Positions 27,812 to 42,882 of a stretch of 64,000 nucleotides of DNA are shown piece by piece. A program made the position numbers and the translations under genes. The DNA comes from Octopus sinensis. Its lineage: Eukaryota. Below the pieces are notes generated by a model, which had not been told where the DNA came from, made no database searches, and was given only the letters and a program-made list of their open reading frames with translations. Location of the stretch: NCBI RefSeq assembly GCF_006345805.1, contig NC_043012.1:8246001-8310000 (forward strand). The letters run 5' to 3'. Numbering within the stretch: the stretch's first letter is position 1; each line of letters begins with the position of its first letter.

Positions 27812-29269
27812 ATGTATTATTAGCATTATCCTGCATTTGAGAACTTAAAATCACTTCTTTAACTTTCTAAGACATCTCAACGCTTCTAAAGCAAACCTCG
27901 TTTGTTTACGTTCATAAATCATCATCATCATCGTTTAACGTCCGTTCTCCATGCTAGCATGGGTTGGATGGTTCAACCGGGGATCTGGGAAGCCAGAAGG
28001 CTGCACCAGGCACCAGTCTGATCTGGCAGTGTTTCTACAGCTGGATGCCCTTCCTAACGCCAACCACTCCATGAGTGTAGTGGGTGCTTTTTACGTGCCA
28101 GGCGGGGCTGGCAATGGCCACGATCAGATTGGTGCTTTTTATGTGCCACCAGCATGGAAGCCAGTCAAAGCGGTGCTGGCATCGACCACGTTCGGATGGT
28201 GCTTTTTACATGCCACCGGCAATATATATATATGTATATATATATATATACTAGCCTAAAAGCCACATTCTGTACAGACTTCTTAGCTAGCTCTTGCGGA
28301 GGGCTAACTGGGCCTGCAGCTAAATAGTATGGCTATAATAACTATATGCCCTAAATAGCATGACTGTAATACTTCTATAATGACTATATGCCCTAGTGGT
28401 ATTTGATCAGAGGTTAAGAATGGATGAGAAGTAATTCTGTAATGCAATCATTCTATTGTTCCAGTCCCAAGTTGAATTCCAGCTTTTGGCCAATTTATCC
28501 CAAAGTTCTTTACTTGGCATAAAATAAATGAAGTGAATGTCATTTATCTCCACCTTGATCTCTGTCTGATATCATTGGACAAATGCTGCCAAGATGGTGT
28601 GAATCAGCTAAGCTTCACCTGCTAGAATTAGCAACACAAATGCCTTTAAAACAGATCCCAATGCTGAATGTTCAAGGACCAAATGAAAGGCAGATTTTCA
28701 ATCCCGGGATCATCCCGATTCCAAAAAGGTATAATGTGTCTATGTAGAGCAGATGTAGGCTGAGATACAGGGATCCCAGACAGACAGACAAATTTCAACT
28801 TTTATTAATATATATATATATTATATTATATATATTTATAATGGGCTTCTTTCAGTATCATCATCATCATCGTTTAACGTCCGCTTTCCATGCTAGCATG
28901 GGTTGGACGGTTCAACTGGGGTCTGGGAAGCCCGAAGGCTGCACCAAGCCAGTCAGATCTGGCAGTATATAATACACATACATATATATACATGCATGTG
29001 CATATCCTTGTCTCAACTACAATTGATGACTGTAAACAAGCATCACCATCATAAAAGCGGTGTTGCTACTTTCCAGTCTTGTGTGAAACATATGACTAAC
29101 CATGCGCAAATGTGACCTTCCTTGGAAACAGGTGAGGTCTAATAACAAGGACAACCAGTGATAGAAATCTTCCACAACACAACTCCATCTGACCATGCAA
29201 ACATGGAAAAGTAGACATTAAAATGATGACAAGATTATGTGTGTGTGTGTGTGGATATGAATGTGTGTA

Positions 29270-29632
29270 TCCTTTTATTTGTTTGTTTGATTCATATGAA
29301 TGCAGCCATGCTGGAGCACTGCCTTAAAGGGTTTTAGTTAAAGGACACCAGAACTTATTCTTTGTAAGCCTAGTATTTATTCTATCGGTCTCTTTCACTG
29401 AACTGCTAAGTTATGGGGCATAAACACACCAGCATCAGTTGTCAAGTGATGGCAGAGGAGACAAAGACAGACACACACACAAGGGCTTCTTTCAGTTTCC
29501 GTCTACCAAATCCACTCACAAGGCTTTGGTCAGCCTGAGACTATAATAAAAGACGCTTGCCCAAGGTGCCATGCAGTGGGACTGAACCCAGAACCATGTA
29601 GTTGGGAAGCAAGCTTCTTACCACGCAGCCAC
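29270..29632 (-). mobile_element. SINE family A, degenerate
   Basis: Colinear with family A consensus. Confidence 0.75.
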
Positions 29633-30215
29633 TTTTCCTTGCTTGCCAGAGTCAAATGGAATTTGTTGGGAGCAGATTTTCTATTACCAGATGTCCTTCC
29701 AGTTTTGAATTCTTACCTGTTCCCAAGCATGATTGGAGACAAAGGACACCACTTGTTTGATAATGAAGATAATTTACCATGCATTGGGACTAACCCTGAA
29801 ACCCATTCAATATCCATTTCCCCCATCCCCATGCTAGCAGGTATTTAGATGGAGATCTATTTGAGACAGGATTTTACAGCTAGATACTCTTCCTGTCACC
29901 GACTCTCACATGTTTTTCATAAAAGGAATACCTTTAATCCACAGGTCTTTAAAACCCACAAAGTGACCGATCATATTGTCTACAAGAAAACGTCAACATT
30001 GGCACTACTTGACTACCCACACACTGCCCCCCACCAATACACAAACACACACATCTTGCTCTGCAACCACACAAATTCAGGCTCCATCCCACTGCTTGGC
30101 ACCTTTGGCAAGTGTCGTCTAATATAACCACGGGCTGACCGATGTCTTGTGAGTGAATTTAGCAGGTGAAAATTATGTAAAAGCCAATCATATATCTATA
30201 CAGATGTGTGTGTGC

Positions 30216-30248
<33 letters not shown>

Positions 30249-30255
30249 TACACAT

Positions 30256-30715
30256 AGGCACAGGAGTGGCTGTGTGGTAAGTAGCTTGCTTACCGTAATT
30301 TCATTCGAAAATTTTAACTGTGTTAAGCTACTTCACCCTTTATATCTGTCTGTCCTTGTTTGTCCCCTCTTTGTAAATGCCTAAATGGCAAATTATATGA
30401 AATAAAGCAGTTGCTTACCAACCATATGGTTCTGGCTTCAGTCCCACTAAGTGTCTTTTACTATAGCCTCGGGTCGACCAAAGCCTTGGATTTGGTAGAC
30501 AGAAACTGAAAGAAGCCTGTCGCATAAGTGTGTGTGTCCCCACCAACACTTGACAACTGATGTTGGTGTGTTTACATCCCTGTAGCTCAGCAGTTCAGCA
30601 AAAGAGACCACTAGAATGAGTACTAGGCTTACAAAGAATAAGTACTGGGGTTGATTTGTTTGACTAAAGGTGGTGCTCCAGCATGGTTAAGTCAAATGAC
30701 TGAAACAAATAAAAG
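30256..30715 (+). mobile_element. SINE family A carrying a 116-bp insertion (30295-30410)
   Basis: Head split by an insert flanked by a TTGCTTACC duplication. Confidence 0.85.
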
Positions 30716-32153
30716 GATACAAAAAACGGATATATATATATATATATATAAGAACCCTCTGGTCATGAATGACCATGAGTTTGCCAGCCTCGTCTAGCAC
30801 CTGTGTCGGTAGCACGTAAAAAGCACCCGCTACACTCACAGAGTGGTTGGCGTTAGGAAGGGCATCCAGCCGTAGAAACATTGCCAGATTAGACTGGGCC
30901 TGGTGCAGCCTTCTGGCTTCCCAGACCCCAGTTGAACCGTCCAACCCATGCCAGCATGGAAAGCGGACGCTAAACGATGATGATGACATATATATATATA
31001 TATATAAACACTGCCAAAACATACACAGAAACTTGGCCATCCAACCCATGCCAGCATGGAAGGCAGACGTTAAACGATGATGATGACGACGAGGATATAC
31101 CTGTAGTGCATATATAGATAGAACTAGTAGCATTATGATTATTTTAATGTCCAGTTTCTCCAGTTTGCATTAAAAGTTTGTTGAGGCTGATTGTTCTATG
31201 GTCGGATACCTTTCCTGTCACCAACCCTCAACTGTTTGCAAAGAAGGTAATATTTCCTGATAGACACAAAGACACTCATTTTAAACCATCACATAATGAC
31301 AAGAGCTGGTAATGCTAGGAGCTGCACCAGGCTCCAACGGTTTCGAGGGCTGCATGCTCTTCCTAATGCCAACCAATGTTACAGAGCATACTGAGTGCTT
31401 TTTACCTGGCACCAGCACCAGTGGGATCACCAAATGACTTGCAAAACAAAGACCCCCTCACTGGAAGGGGGTCTGGTATTGAAGGAGGTGGTTTTGTGCC
31501 AGTGGAGAGGTTTAAAGTACAACAGAGGGATAGAAATGGGTGTCTTGCTATGGAGGAGATACTTGGCTACCCCAGTTAGAAAAGAAAAGAGGGGAAAATG
31601 GAGAAAGTTAAAGAGAAATATAAGTGAGAGAGAGAGAGATAAGTGGTACGGAGGGTCTGACAGGGAGAGCGGGTAGGGGAATAGAAATCAGTATGTTTCA
31701 CAAGAGTGTATGAGGATATGGTTAGAGATGGGACAGTGGTAACTGTAGCAGGTGACAGGAGTGGCTCAAGAGGACTACTTGATATAGCAAGTCCACGAGG
31801 ATGCTTGTGTACAGATAGGCACATGAGTGAGAGGAGAGATGGGAAGTACATCGGGGAATAATCAAGGGTGTTGTGAAGATGGGTTGTTTGGAGTGGGAGG
31901 GGTGATAGGGAGGACAAACCACTTTCAGTTCCTGTCTACCAAATACACTCACAAGCTTATGGTTGGCCCAGGGCTGTAGAAGACACTTGTTTCAAAGTAC
32001 CACACACTGGAGTTGGATAGAACCCAAAGACTACATGTCGATACACTGCATGTATAGGTTTCAGTATTATGTATACATATGAATATATAGTGTAGATGGT
32101 AGTATTGCATACAGGTGGTTGTAAAGTATATATGCAGACGGCTGTACTACATC

Positions 32154-32188
<35 letters not shown>

Positions 32189-33179
32189 TAAGGACATGTA
32201 CTTTTAATATATATATATATATATCTAATGCATGTGCATTGTATATTAATAGCACGTGTGTAGCTTCTACTGTCTATATATTGGATTACATGTGTACCTC
32301 GAACATGCACAAATGTGTACAACTTTACTGAACACACCGAATAGGTCTAATTTCGTGGACACATGAAACATGTAATCTACACTGTACATGTATGTAGATT
32401 TATTGTGTATATACATGTGTAATAGCTCTGCTATGTACAGACGTGGGACGTGTATATCCACATGTGTGATGAGTGCTCATAACACTATGTGACTTAGTTA
32501 TACATTATATATCATATTGGTGAAACATGCTCTCACACACACACACATGCATTATATATAACTATACACACGATATATATTACATGATGAACACATGTGG
32601 ATTTTACAGTTTAGATCGCCAAACAAGATATCTATCCATTATACACACACGCGTGTGTTTGTGCGTATAGTCAAGTTAAATTGCTGGAGACGTGTATTCA
32701 AGCACAGACAGATAGGCAAGATAAAGAGATAGGAGATATAGCTAGATACACATGCTACCATTATCTTACACTCACACACACATATACACACATACATTAT
32801 ATATTTTTTATAGATGGTAGTTCGGATGTACTGCAGAAGATAAAAAAAAAAACTATCAGCATATATGATTAGTAGTACACTTACGCTACCGACACACACA
32901 CACAAACATATATACACCAATACACACACACACACAGATATTGGTGTGCTTATGAGAGCGTGTTTATTACATATCCACACAATAGCTTTTAACAGAGGTG
33001 ACAATGGTTTTGTAGCGGTTACTATTAGTACAAGTAAATATACAAGGTTAATAGATTTAAATAGCATGTGCGTGTGCGCGCACGCGTTAGATGTTAAAGT
33101 GCTGCATGTACATAAGTGTGTGTGTGTGTATGTATATATATATATCAATATAGATAAATAAATAACAGTTAAACAGTAG

Positions 33180-33480
33180 ATGAAAGGATCACCATTAGTT
33201 TTAGCGAGGAAAAGATTGGGACTTCGAAATTCCGGCTGAAATAGCCGTCGAGAAAGAGGAAAAGGAGAAAGGACGAGAGAGAGAGAGTAGAGGAGAGGAC
33301 GAAGAAAGAAAAGTGGGGGGGAAGGAGGGGGTCGCGGCAGCAGTTAGAAGGGGGACAAACGAGTGCTTTAATAATAAAAGCCTATACCAGCTGCCCCCTT
33401 TATGCCTCGTCCATTGAGGGCTGTGTGTCCCTTTCACTCAGGGAAATAATATATTTTACAGTCGGCTTTGTTAGAAGACG
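33180..33480. promoter_or_regulatory. Candidate promoter or enhancer island
   Basis: Locally GC- and CpG-richer unique sequence with a purine tract, inside a SINE-free zone. Function is inference only. Confidence 0.3.
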
Positions 33481-33713
33481 GGGGTTAGTGTGTGTGTGTG
33501 TGAGTATTAGGTTTATTGTTGATCTAATTAAACATTATTGGCTATTGGGCTTTATTGAACTGATTAAATATTATTGGTTGGTTTATTGGGACTGGAACAG
33601 TAATGAAAGCCACAACATCTGCAGTGGTATATTAATAGATCTTATGTCTGTCGTGTGTGCGCTACAGCATTCTCCTGTCCCGAACAAAGGGGTATATATA
33701 TAGAGAGAGAGTG

Positions 33714-33751
<38 letters not shown>

Positions 33752-34439
33752 ATATGGTGTGTGTATGTATACATTTTATGCATGTGTGTGTATATAGTGT
33801 ACACAATGTATACATAGTGTGTATATGTATTTCATGTAGAGTATACATACTGCTTATAGATAACACCATCATCATCATGGATTGGATTGTATATATATAT
33901 TATAAATATATAGTATAATGTGTATATACTATTTTGATAATGCACATACACACAGACGGAAAGGAAGAAGGTACGGGCCAAGTCACAGAAACTAAGCCTC
34001 TTTCTTAAGTGCACTGAGAAAGGTTTCGACAGCCAGATTCATGTTTACATTGATATACGGGGAGAATCATAAACACCACAACACAACGAATCTATGGAGG
34101 CAGTGATGATAACACAATAATAGGAAGGCATCTTTCGTTGCTTTTGTAATAATAAATTATGTGAGAGTGAGAGAGAAAGAAAGAGATGGTGAGCCATTGT
34201 GTCCAGAGTGAAGGAAGGTTAGAGAGATGAGGAAGAAGCACTTTTATCATTCATTTATTAGATGGAAATTAATTTAGAAAAGAGATTAAATCATACAACA
34301 GGTTCTGTGAGACCAAAGTCTGTTTAAATGGTGTCAGTACCTTGCAACTGTGGAATAACAGAAAACCATTTTGCTTTGTTCGACATTTCTTCTCTGTGTG
34401 TTTGTATGTGTGTGAATGTGGATACATGTGTATATATAT

Positions 34440-34466
34440 ATATATACACATTTATCTATTTGTATG

Positions 34467-34512
<46 letters not shown>

Positions 34513-35102
34513 AATGATATGTATATATATATAATACACATTTATCTATTTGTATGTATGTATATATATATATATATATACATGTAAATGATATGTATAT
34601 ATATATACACATTTATCTATTTGTATGTATGTATATATATATATATATATATATACATGTAAATGATATGTATATATATATATACACATTTATCTATTTG
34701 TATGTATGTATATATATATATAGATATATATATATTATAATATATATATATATATATACATGTAAATGATATGTATATATATAACACATTTATCTATTTG
34801 TATGTATGTATAATATATACACACATGTAATTATATGTATATATATATATACACACATGTAAATTATATGTATATATATATATACACACATGTAAATTAT
34901 ATGTATATATATATATATTATACCACATGTAAATTATGTATATATATATATATATATTAATGTACATTACTATATGTATATATATAATATATATATCACA
35001 TGTAAATTATATGTATATATATATATATACATGTAAATTATATGTATATATATATATACATGTAAATTATATGTATATATATATATATACATGTAAATTA
35101 TG

Positions 35103-35133
<31 letters not shown>

Positions 35134-35230
35134 GTAAATTATATGTGTATATAATAATATATATATATATATATATATACACATGTAAATTATATATATA
35201 TATATACACACACATGTAAATGATATGTAT
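34440..35230. repeat. Compound minisatellite
   Basis: About 5 units of CACATTTATCTATTTGTATGTATG(TA)nCATGTAAATGATATG, then many shorter CATGTAAATTATATG(TA)n units. Confidence 0.9.
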
Positions 35231-36381
35231 ATATACAAAGCATGTGTGTGTATTTGTGATTGTACATCTGTAAATAGTGATCGCACACACATATGTGGGT
35301 ATTTAAATGTATGTGTGTATAATATATATATATATAATAATATATATATCAATATATTTTACAAGAGGTAGAAAATTAGAAAAGCTACACTCGTTAAGGA
35401 AATGCATGAATGCCACACAACCTCACACCAGCTTCAATCTTAATAAAATATCACATACTTGGGGCACAATCATTCCAAAAAGAAGTCTTTTAATAACAAT
35501 AAATCGGTTCCTTAATTTATAACTCGACGAAGACTTGGCCATTTCTTTGGGACAAAGGCTTGCGAATTGTTTTGTGTGTATGTGTGTGTGTGTACTAATT
35601 GTTTGTATATATATGTATATGTGTGTGTGTGTATGTATATATATATAATATATATACACCCTACAAAGTTTATATACAATGTGTATATAGATGTAAAGAT
35701 AGCAGGTGTATCAATATGTCTAAGTATATATGCATAGAGTAAGCATATAGACATCAACTACATTAATTATATACATCACTTAATATATATACACTCTCGT
35801 TTTATGTCTCAAGCACCAGAAACCAATCTCTCAGCACTTCACCGGCAGAAAATATTTAAGCAGCACCCATCTCTCTCTCACTCTCACATACACTATGTGT
35901 GCGAGTGTATACAAACGCATATAAACGTGCATGTATATACACACACATAAACATGTATACACATATATATATACACATAGATACCGTAGTATTTATATAA
36001 CACACACACACATATAGTCATGTATGTGAATATATATATATATATATACTTATATATACACATACATGAATATAGACATATATACATACAGCTTATATGT
36101 ATGTATGCATGTTTATATACACAAGCATGTGTATATCTGAGTAGATATATGTAGTTGTGTACATATACATATCTACATGTAGACATATGTAAATATGTGT
36201 GTGTATATATATATATACACACTTGAAAGACATATATGCAAACATATACGCCTATGTACATATGTATACACATACATATATATACATGCATATGTGTGCA
36301 TACTAATATTCATAATACATGAGTATTTATATACATGTATATATCTAAATATATCTATCTATGCATGTGTATAAACATTAC

Positions 36382-36416
<35 letters not shown>

Positions 36417-36994
36417 TATATATATGTGTGTATATATATGTGTGTATATATATATACACTTATCAATACGTATATAAATATTTACAAGTTCGTGTATATA
36501 TGTGTGTGTGTGTGTGCGTGTGCATACGTGTATATATACACACGTGTGTATGTATATATATATACACTTATCAATACGTATATAAATATTTACAAGTTCG
36601 TGTATATATGTGTGTGTGTGTGTCTATATATATATATAGGTACTAGTACCTATATATATATATATAATATATATATATATATAGACACCACACACACAGA
36701 TGAACAACAGAAGAGGCAGAGTGATTGATGAATAAATGTACAAACGATGGAATAATTTTTAACAACGATCAAACAAGAAGTACATACATTAAAATGGGAC
36801 ACAGCAGTAAAATATTTCCCAAACTTGATAAAAAAAGTGTCCGTTGTGTGAATTGATCAGAAATATACTCAGCCAGAAAGCCAGTCGAGCTGGCTACCTC
36901 GCCCTCTCCACAACATCATGCTTCTTAAATACAACACTACTATAACAACACTACTATAATACAGCACTACTATACACTATCACTCTCTCTCTTT

Positions 36995-37290
36995 CCTACC
37001 GCTCCTCTCTATTGGATATACATCGCTTTCCCTCTCTCTCTCTCTCTTTCCCTCTTTATGTATCGCATATATTGGCCTTCCTCTCTTTCCCACCGCTCCT
37101 CTCTATTGGATATACATCGCTTCCCCTCTCTCTCTCTCTTTCCCTCTTTATGTATCGCATATATTGGCCTTCCTCTCTTTCCCACTGCTCCTCTCTATTG
37201 GATATACATCGCTTTCCCTCTCTCTCTCTCTCTCTCTTTCCCTCTTTATGTATCGCATATATTGGCATTCCTCTCTTTCCCCCTCTCTAT
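36995..37290. repeat. Pyrimidine-rich minisatellite, about 3 units of 88-92 bp
   Basis: CTCCTCTCTATTGGATATACATCGCTTTCCC...TTTATGTATCGCATATATTGGC repeated. Confidence 0.9.
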
Positions 37291-38269
37291 TACATATACC
37301 TCTCAGTCTCCCTAATACTGTCCCTCTATCACATATATCTTCCTTTCACCCGCTCTCTCCGTCTATCACGTATCTGCCTTACTGCCCCTCACTCTTTCTC
37401 CTCCTCTTCATCACATAATTACCTTTCTTCCTCTCAAACTCTCTCTCTTTATCACGTATACCTGCCTTTCTCCTTTACCTTCTCACTATATCACATAAAA
37501 CCTGCCTTTCTCTTTCTCTCTCTCTCTATCACTTACATGCTTTCTCGTTTCTCTGTCTATTGCATATCCAGGCTGTTCTCGCCTTCCTTTCTCTTTCTCT
37601 CTTTCACATACTTACCAGCCTCTCCCTTTGTCCTTCTTTCTCCCTCTCTTCATATTTACTATCTCTCTCTCTATAACTCTCTCTATTTCATTAACATATC
37701 TTTCTCCTTCCCTCTTTCTGTTACATTCCTTTATCTCTATCTCAACGTTACAAACCTCTCTTTCACGCTCTCACACATTCAATTGGCTTTTTTTCTCCTC
37801 CCCTCTATCACTTTCACATGTATTTGTCTCCCCCTCTCTATCATTGACTAGTCTTTATCTCACCCTCTCTCTTTATTACGCATAAAACTTACTCTCTTTC
37901 CCCCTCTCTATCACATCAGCTAGAATTTCTCCCCCTCTCTTTGAACTTCTATTTTTCCCCCTTTCACTCTTTGTTTCTCACATTTGGCGACTTTCTTTCT
38001 TTCCTTTTCTTTCCACCCCCCTCTGTCTTTGTGTCTTATCACTCCTACTTCATCCTCGATTGTTCTACTACTCTCTCTATGCACCTCCCTCATATTTATT
38101 ACACTTTCTTCCCACATACAATTACTGTTTCTCACTGTCACAACAGATTTATTAATCTCTCTTTCTCTCTCTCTCAATAGTTTTTCCCTTGGAGAGAAAT
38201 TTATGTATCAATGTATATCTAACTGTACATATATATATATATATATATTCTGTAAACGTATATATACAT

Positions 38270-38362
<93 letters not shown>

Positions 38363-39056
38363 GGATATGTATTCATATAGATGTTTATCTATATCAATAT
38401 ATATACATGTATATGCACCTTATATATATATATACATTTACATTCGCACACACAAATATATAAATACATCCAATCACATATGCACATACATTATATATAT
38501 GTGTGTGTGTGTGTATGTGTGTGTGCAGCTTTACAAATATGTAAATATATATATGTTTGTGTGTGTGTGTATACATTATACACCACCTTCCTTCCATATA
38601 CACACAACCCCTGTCTTTATATCTGACCCTTCCTCTATACGCATACATAGATATATACACACACACAGATAAACTCATATAGACACATTCCTCTCTTTAA
38701 CTCTGACCCTTTCACTACCGCCTCCCCCTTATCTTTTCAACCACTGTTTCCTTCCTATTACCTTCCCTTCCTCTTACTCTCTCTTGCATTCTCTCGTCAC
38801 TCTCTCTATCTCTCTCACTCGCTCTCTATTTCTCTCTCTTCATCATACTTATAGTCTTTCTTTTAACCCCCCTACTCAAACAACTCTTTGTTTCTCTCTT
38901 TCTCCATCAACGTCTTCTCCCCTTCCTTCTCCCACTCCACTGCTGCTTTCTTTCCTAACATCACACTCTGCTGACATCTTCGTCTTCCCTCTCTCTCTCT
39001 CTCTCTTTCTGTCATTAATACTCTCACTCACTCCCTCATACACATTCTCTCTCCTC

Positions 39057-39098
<42 letters not shown>

Positions 39099-39444
39099 AT
39101 ACAACAATAACTTGTATTTCAAATTCTCACTATCTTTCACCAACAAGCAACCAGCAGAAAGAAATAAACAATAAAACACTAACCGTTCCTCAGTCTGTCA
39201 TTTCATTTCCAACAACCATCAGTCATGCCAGCCAACCAACCAACCAGCCGACCAGCCAAACGAACCGGCCGACCAGCCATCCAACAAGACGACCAGCAAA
39301 CCAGATCAACAATTTATCTTCAAATCCCACTTTTTCTTTGATTTTTCTCTTTCCTAAACTATACAATAGTGCTAAAACGTATTCGCATCTATAAACACAA
39401 GTTCGCACGTGTGCGAATATAAATATAAATATGTATGTATATAT

Positions 39445-39481
<37 letters not shown>

Positions 39482-39533
39482 GCAGCCCTGTGTGGCTAAT
39501 AAAGAAACTTATCTATCTATCTATCTATCTATC

Positions 39534-39598
<65 letters not shown>

Positions 39599-39599
39599 T

Positions 39600-39663
<64 letters not shown>

Positions 39664-39710
39664 GTAGATAGATAGATAGATAGATAGTAGATAGATAGAT
39701 CGATAGATAG

Positions 39711-39744
<34 letters not shown>

Positions 39745-39748
<4 letters not shown>

Positions 39749-40030
39749 GTTCTTTATTAGCCACACAGGGCTGCACCAGACAGAACAAATTACAAGGTAG
39801 AGCTTTTCTTTTGGGGGTAAAGAAAAAGGGGGTTGGTTTTCGATCAAAAGGGATCGTAAAAGGAAAGAAAGAGGACAAAATAAGGGGGGAGAGGGAAAAA
39901 AAGTGGATCAATAGGGATCGTAATCACAGAAATGTCAATATGAAGTGTAAAGGGGAGGACAGGTGAGGTTTACCCGTGGAAAGAAAAGCCTACGGAAAAG
40001 ACCACGGTAACCTCGGTCAATGAAGTCACA
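39745..40030 (-). mobile_element. 5'-truncated LINE-like 3'UTR inserted in (GATA)n
   Basis: Minus strand ends GCAGCCCTGTGTGGCTAATAAAGAACT(TATC)n; GATA repeats also on the other side. Confidence 0.55.
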
Positions 40031-40379
40031 ATAAAAATAGATAGATAGGTAGGTAGATAGAGAGAAAGAGATCTTTTATCATCTTCTTTCTGCCATTATT
40101 GAACTGCGACCATACTGGAGCACTGCCTTGAAGAATTTTAGTTGAACGAATCGACCCCAGTACTTATTTGTTTTATCTAAAGTCTGCTACTTACTTTATG
40201 GGTTTCTTTTTGCCGAACCGCTAAGTTGCAGGGACATAAACACGCCAACACCAGTTGTTAAGTGGTGATGGGAGAAAAACACAAACAAATACAAGCTACA
40301 CAGATATATACATACATACATATATAATACACTTTGATCTTAACCAAAAGGGCAAGAAGCGTCCATATATACATGCATA

Positions 40380-40610
40380 CATACAGATTTCAAGTTCCGC
40401 TTTATACCTGTAATTAATGGAGCACTGCCTAACTACCAATCTTGAGAAATTAGGCTTCTCAAAACCAGATAGGAGAAAGCTGATTCGAATATTATAGATC
40501 CAAGCCATCGTTCGAACTGTAAAAATCTGTAAAACTTTTCAGAAGTTTAGCATTTAAGTATATATGAGCATGTCTTGACATGCAACTATATGCATGAAAA
40601 TACATACATA
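40380..40610 (+). mobile_element. R4/Dong-clade (RLE) LINE 3' fragment
   Basis: Translates about FKFRFIPVINGAL..TNLEKLGFSKPDRRKLIRIL*IQAIVRTVKICKTFQKFSI*, like the PxxIGALG C-terminus of RLE LINEs; homologous to 55150-55400. Confidence 0.7.
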
Positions 40611-42882
40611 AAAAAAACATACAAATCTGCACATATACATACATACATATATACATGCCGGGAATTGAACTCACGACCTTACAATCGTGAGCCAATTGCC
40701 CTAACCACTAAGCCATGCACCTTCACTTATATGTGTGTGTTTGTATATACACAATGGGTTTCTTTCAGTTTCTGTCTACTAAATCCACTTTCAAGGCTTT
40801 GGTCGGCCCGAGACTATAGAAGACACTTGTCCAAGGTGCCACACAGTGGGACAGAACCTGGAACCGTGTGGTTAGGAAGCCAACTTCTTACCACATAGAC
40901 AAGCTTCTTTTACCCTATCTTTCCTTCATCATAAATATCCTTCACTCATCATCATCTTTCATTCATTTTGTCTTTCTTTCATCATGTCTTTTCTTCTTCC
41001 TAAATATTTTTTCATCTTACTTGTTTTTTTCTGTTCATAACTATCTATACCTCAAAAATGTTTTCCTTTCATTCTGGTTCTTTCCTTCACCATAACTGTC
41101 ATTCCTTTGTCATAACTGTTTTTCCTTCATCATATCTGTCTCTCTTTCATTACAACTGTCTGTCCTTCACCATAAATTATTCTTTCATTATGACTGTCCT
41201 CCGTCTATCATCACTTTCTTTCCTTAATAATAGCTATCTTTCATTCATTATAACTATTGTCTTTCATCCTAAATACATTTCCTTCATTATTTTCTTTATT
41301 CTCACTGTCTTTTTCAGAATTCATTCATTATAGCCATATTCCAAGACCGCAAGCTGGCAGAAACATTAGCACACTGGGCAAAATGCTTAGCGGTATTTTG
41401 TTTGTCTTTGCATTCTAAGTTCAAATTCCACTGAGGTTAACTTTGCCTTTCATCCTTTCAGGGTCAATAAACTAAGTACCAGCTGCATACTGGGGTTGAT
41501 CTAATCAACTGGCCTCCTTCCCAAAAATTTTGGGCCTGGTGCCTAAAGTAGAAAAGATTATAGTCATATTCCCTTAATCATAGCTTAGTCCCTCCTGAAA
41601 ACTTTCTTGGTTTCCATGCAGTTGTCTTTACTCTAAGCTTCTAATTCTTCCTTCATTTTAACCCTCTCAACATTTACTTTCATCTTAATTCGTCTTTCGT
41701 TTACCCCAGCAGCCTTTCCTCCATTTTCACTCTTTTCCTCTCATTATATCTTATATATTATACCTGTATCTTTCCTCCATCTTGACTCCCTTTAGCCTAA
41801 ATCAATTTCCTTCAACATAATCCTTTTGATACCAACCTGCCTGAGACCACACTGTTTCTTTGAAACAAATTTCCTGTTTTAAACTGATTAAAATTAATAT
41901 CTTTCTTCAAAATTTCATGTTTGTGTTTGCTCCAAACACCATTTTAATAATGATAAAGATATTTTATTAAATTCTTCATTATTTTCAAAATAACTTCAAC
42001 AAAAGCATTATATTTTCATTGAAATATATTAACAAACAAGTTCAATGCCTTTCCTTACATCTAACAGTTTTTTTTCCTGTTACCCAACAGTCTCTGCTTC
42101 ATCTCTTCTATCAACTCCATTTTTCCTCCATTTTAACTATCATCTCCTTCATCGCAATTGTCCGTCCTCCATTTTGTCTTCGCTTTGTTTTGACTTTTAC
42201 CTTCCTTTCTTTTAATTGGCTCCTATTTCCCTCTTCTCTTTTTTTTTGTCCATTCTTCCTGTCTCTCTTTGCCCTTCCTTAGTTTACTTCCAACTTCCTG
42301 TCAACTCTCTCATGGAATGATTAAAACCAAGATTTGAAAAACCTTTCAGAGAATCCATCATGAGTGCTGATCTTTTACTCTGATACTTTTACTCTTCACA
42401 AGTTATAATATTTGGGCTTAAAACACTGTCTGGCAGTTGACTTTTATATATACATATATATGTGTGTTTGTGTGTGTGCATGTGCTTGTGTGTGTGTAGG
42501 TATGCATATACACATGCAATCATACACATCATCATTTAACACCAATGTTCCAAACTGGCATGGTTTGGACTTGCTTCCCAACCACATGGTTCTGAGTTCT
42601 ATTCCACTGCATGGTACCTTCAGCAAGTGTCTTCTACTATAGCTATAGGCCAACCAAAGCCTTGCGAGCAGAATTGATAGACGGAAACTAAAAAAAGCCA
42701 GTCGTGTGTGTATGTGGGTGTACATATTACTCTTTTACTTATTTCAGTCATTTGACTGTGGCCATGCTGGAGCACCGCCTTTATATAAAACAATATGATC
42801 ATAAAATAATTATATCAGTGGCCTAGCATTTAAAAATGACCGTATAGGCAATATAAATTTTTTCACGTATACAATTATAAAG

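Noticed and set aside
34440-35230. CRISPR-like repeat-spacer periodicity, also at 62775-62990
   Set aside because: Spacers are only variable (TA)n; eukaryotic context and no cas genes.
37012-37851. 279-aa hydrophobic ORF
   Set aside because: CT-rich minisatellite that lacks stops by composition.
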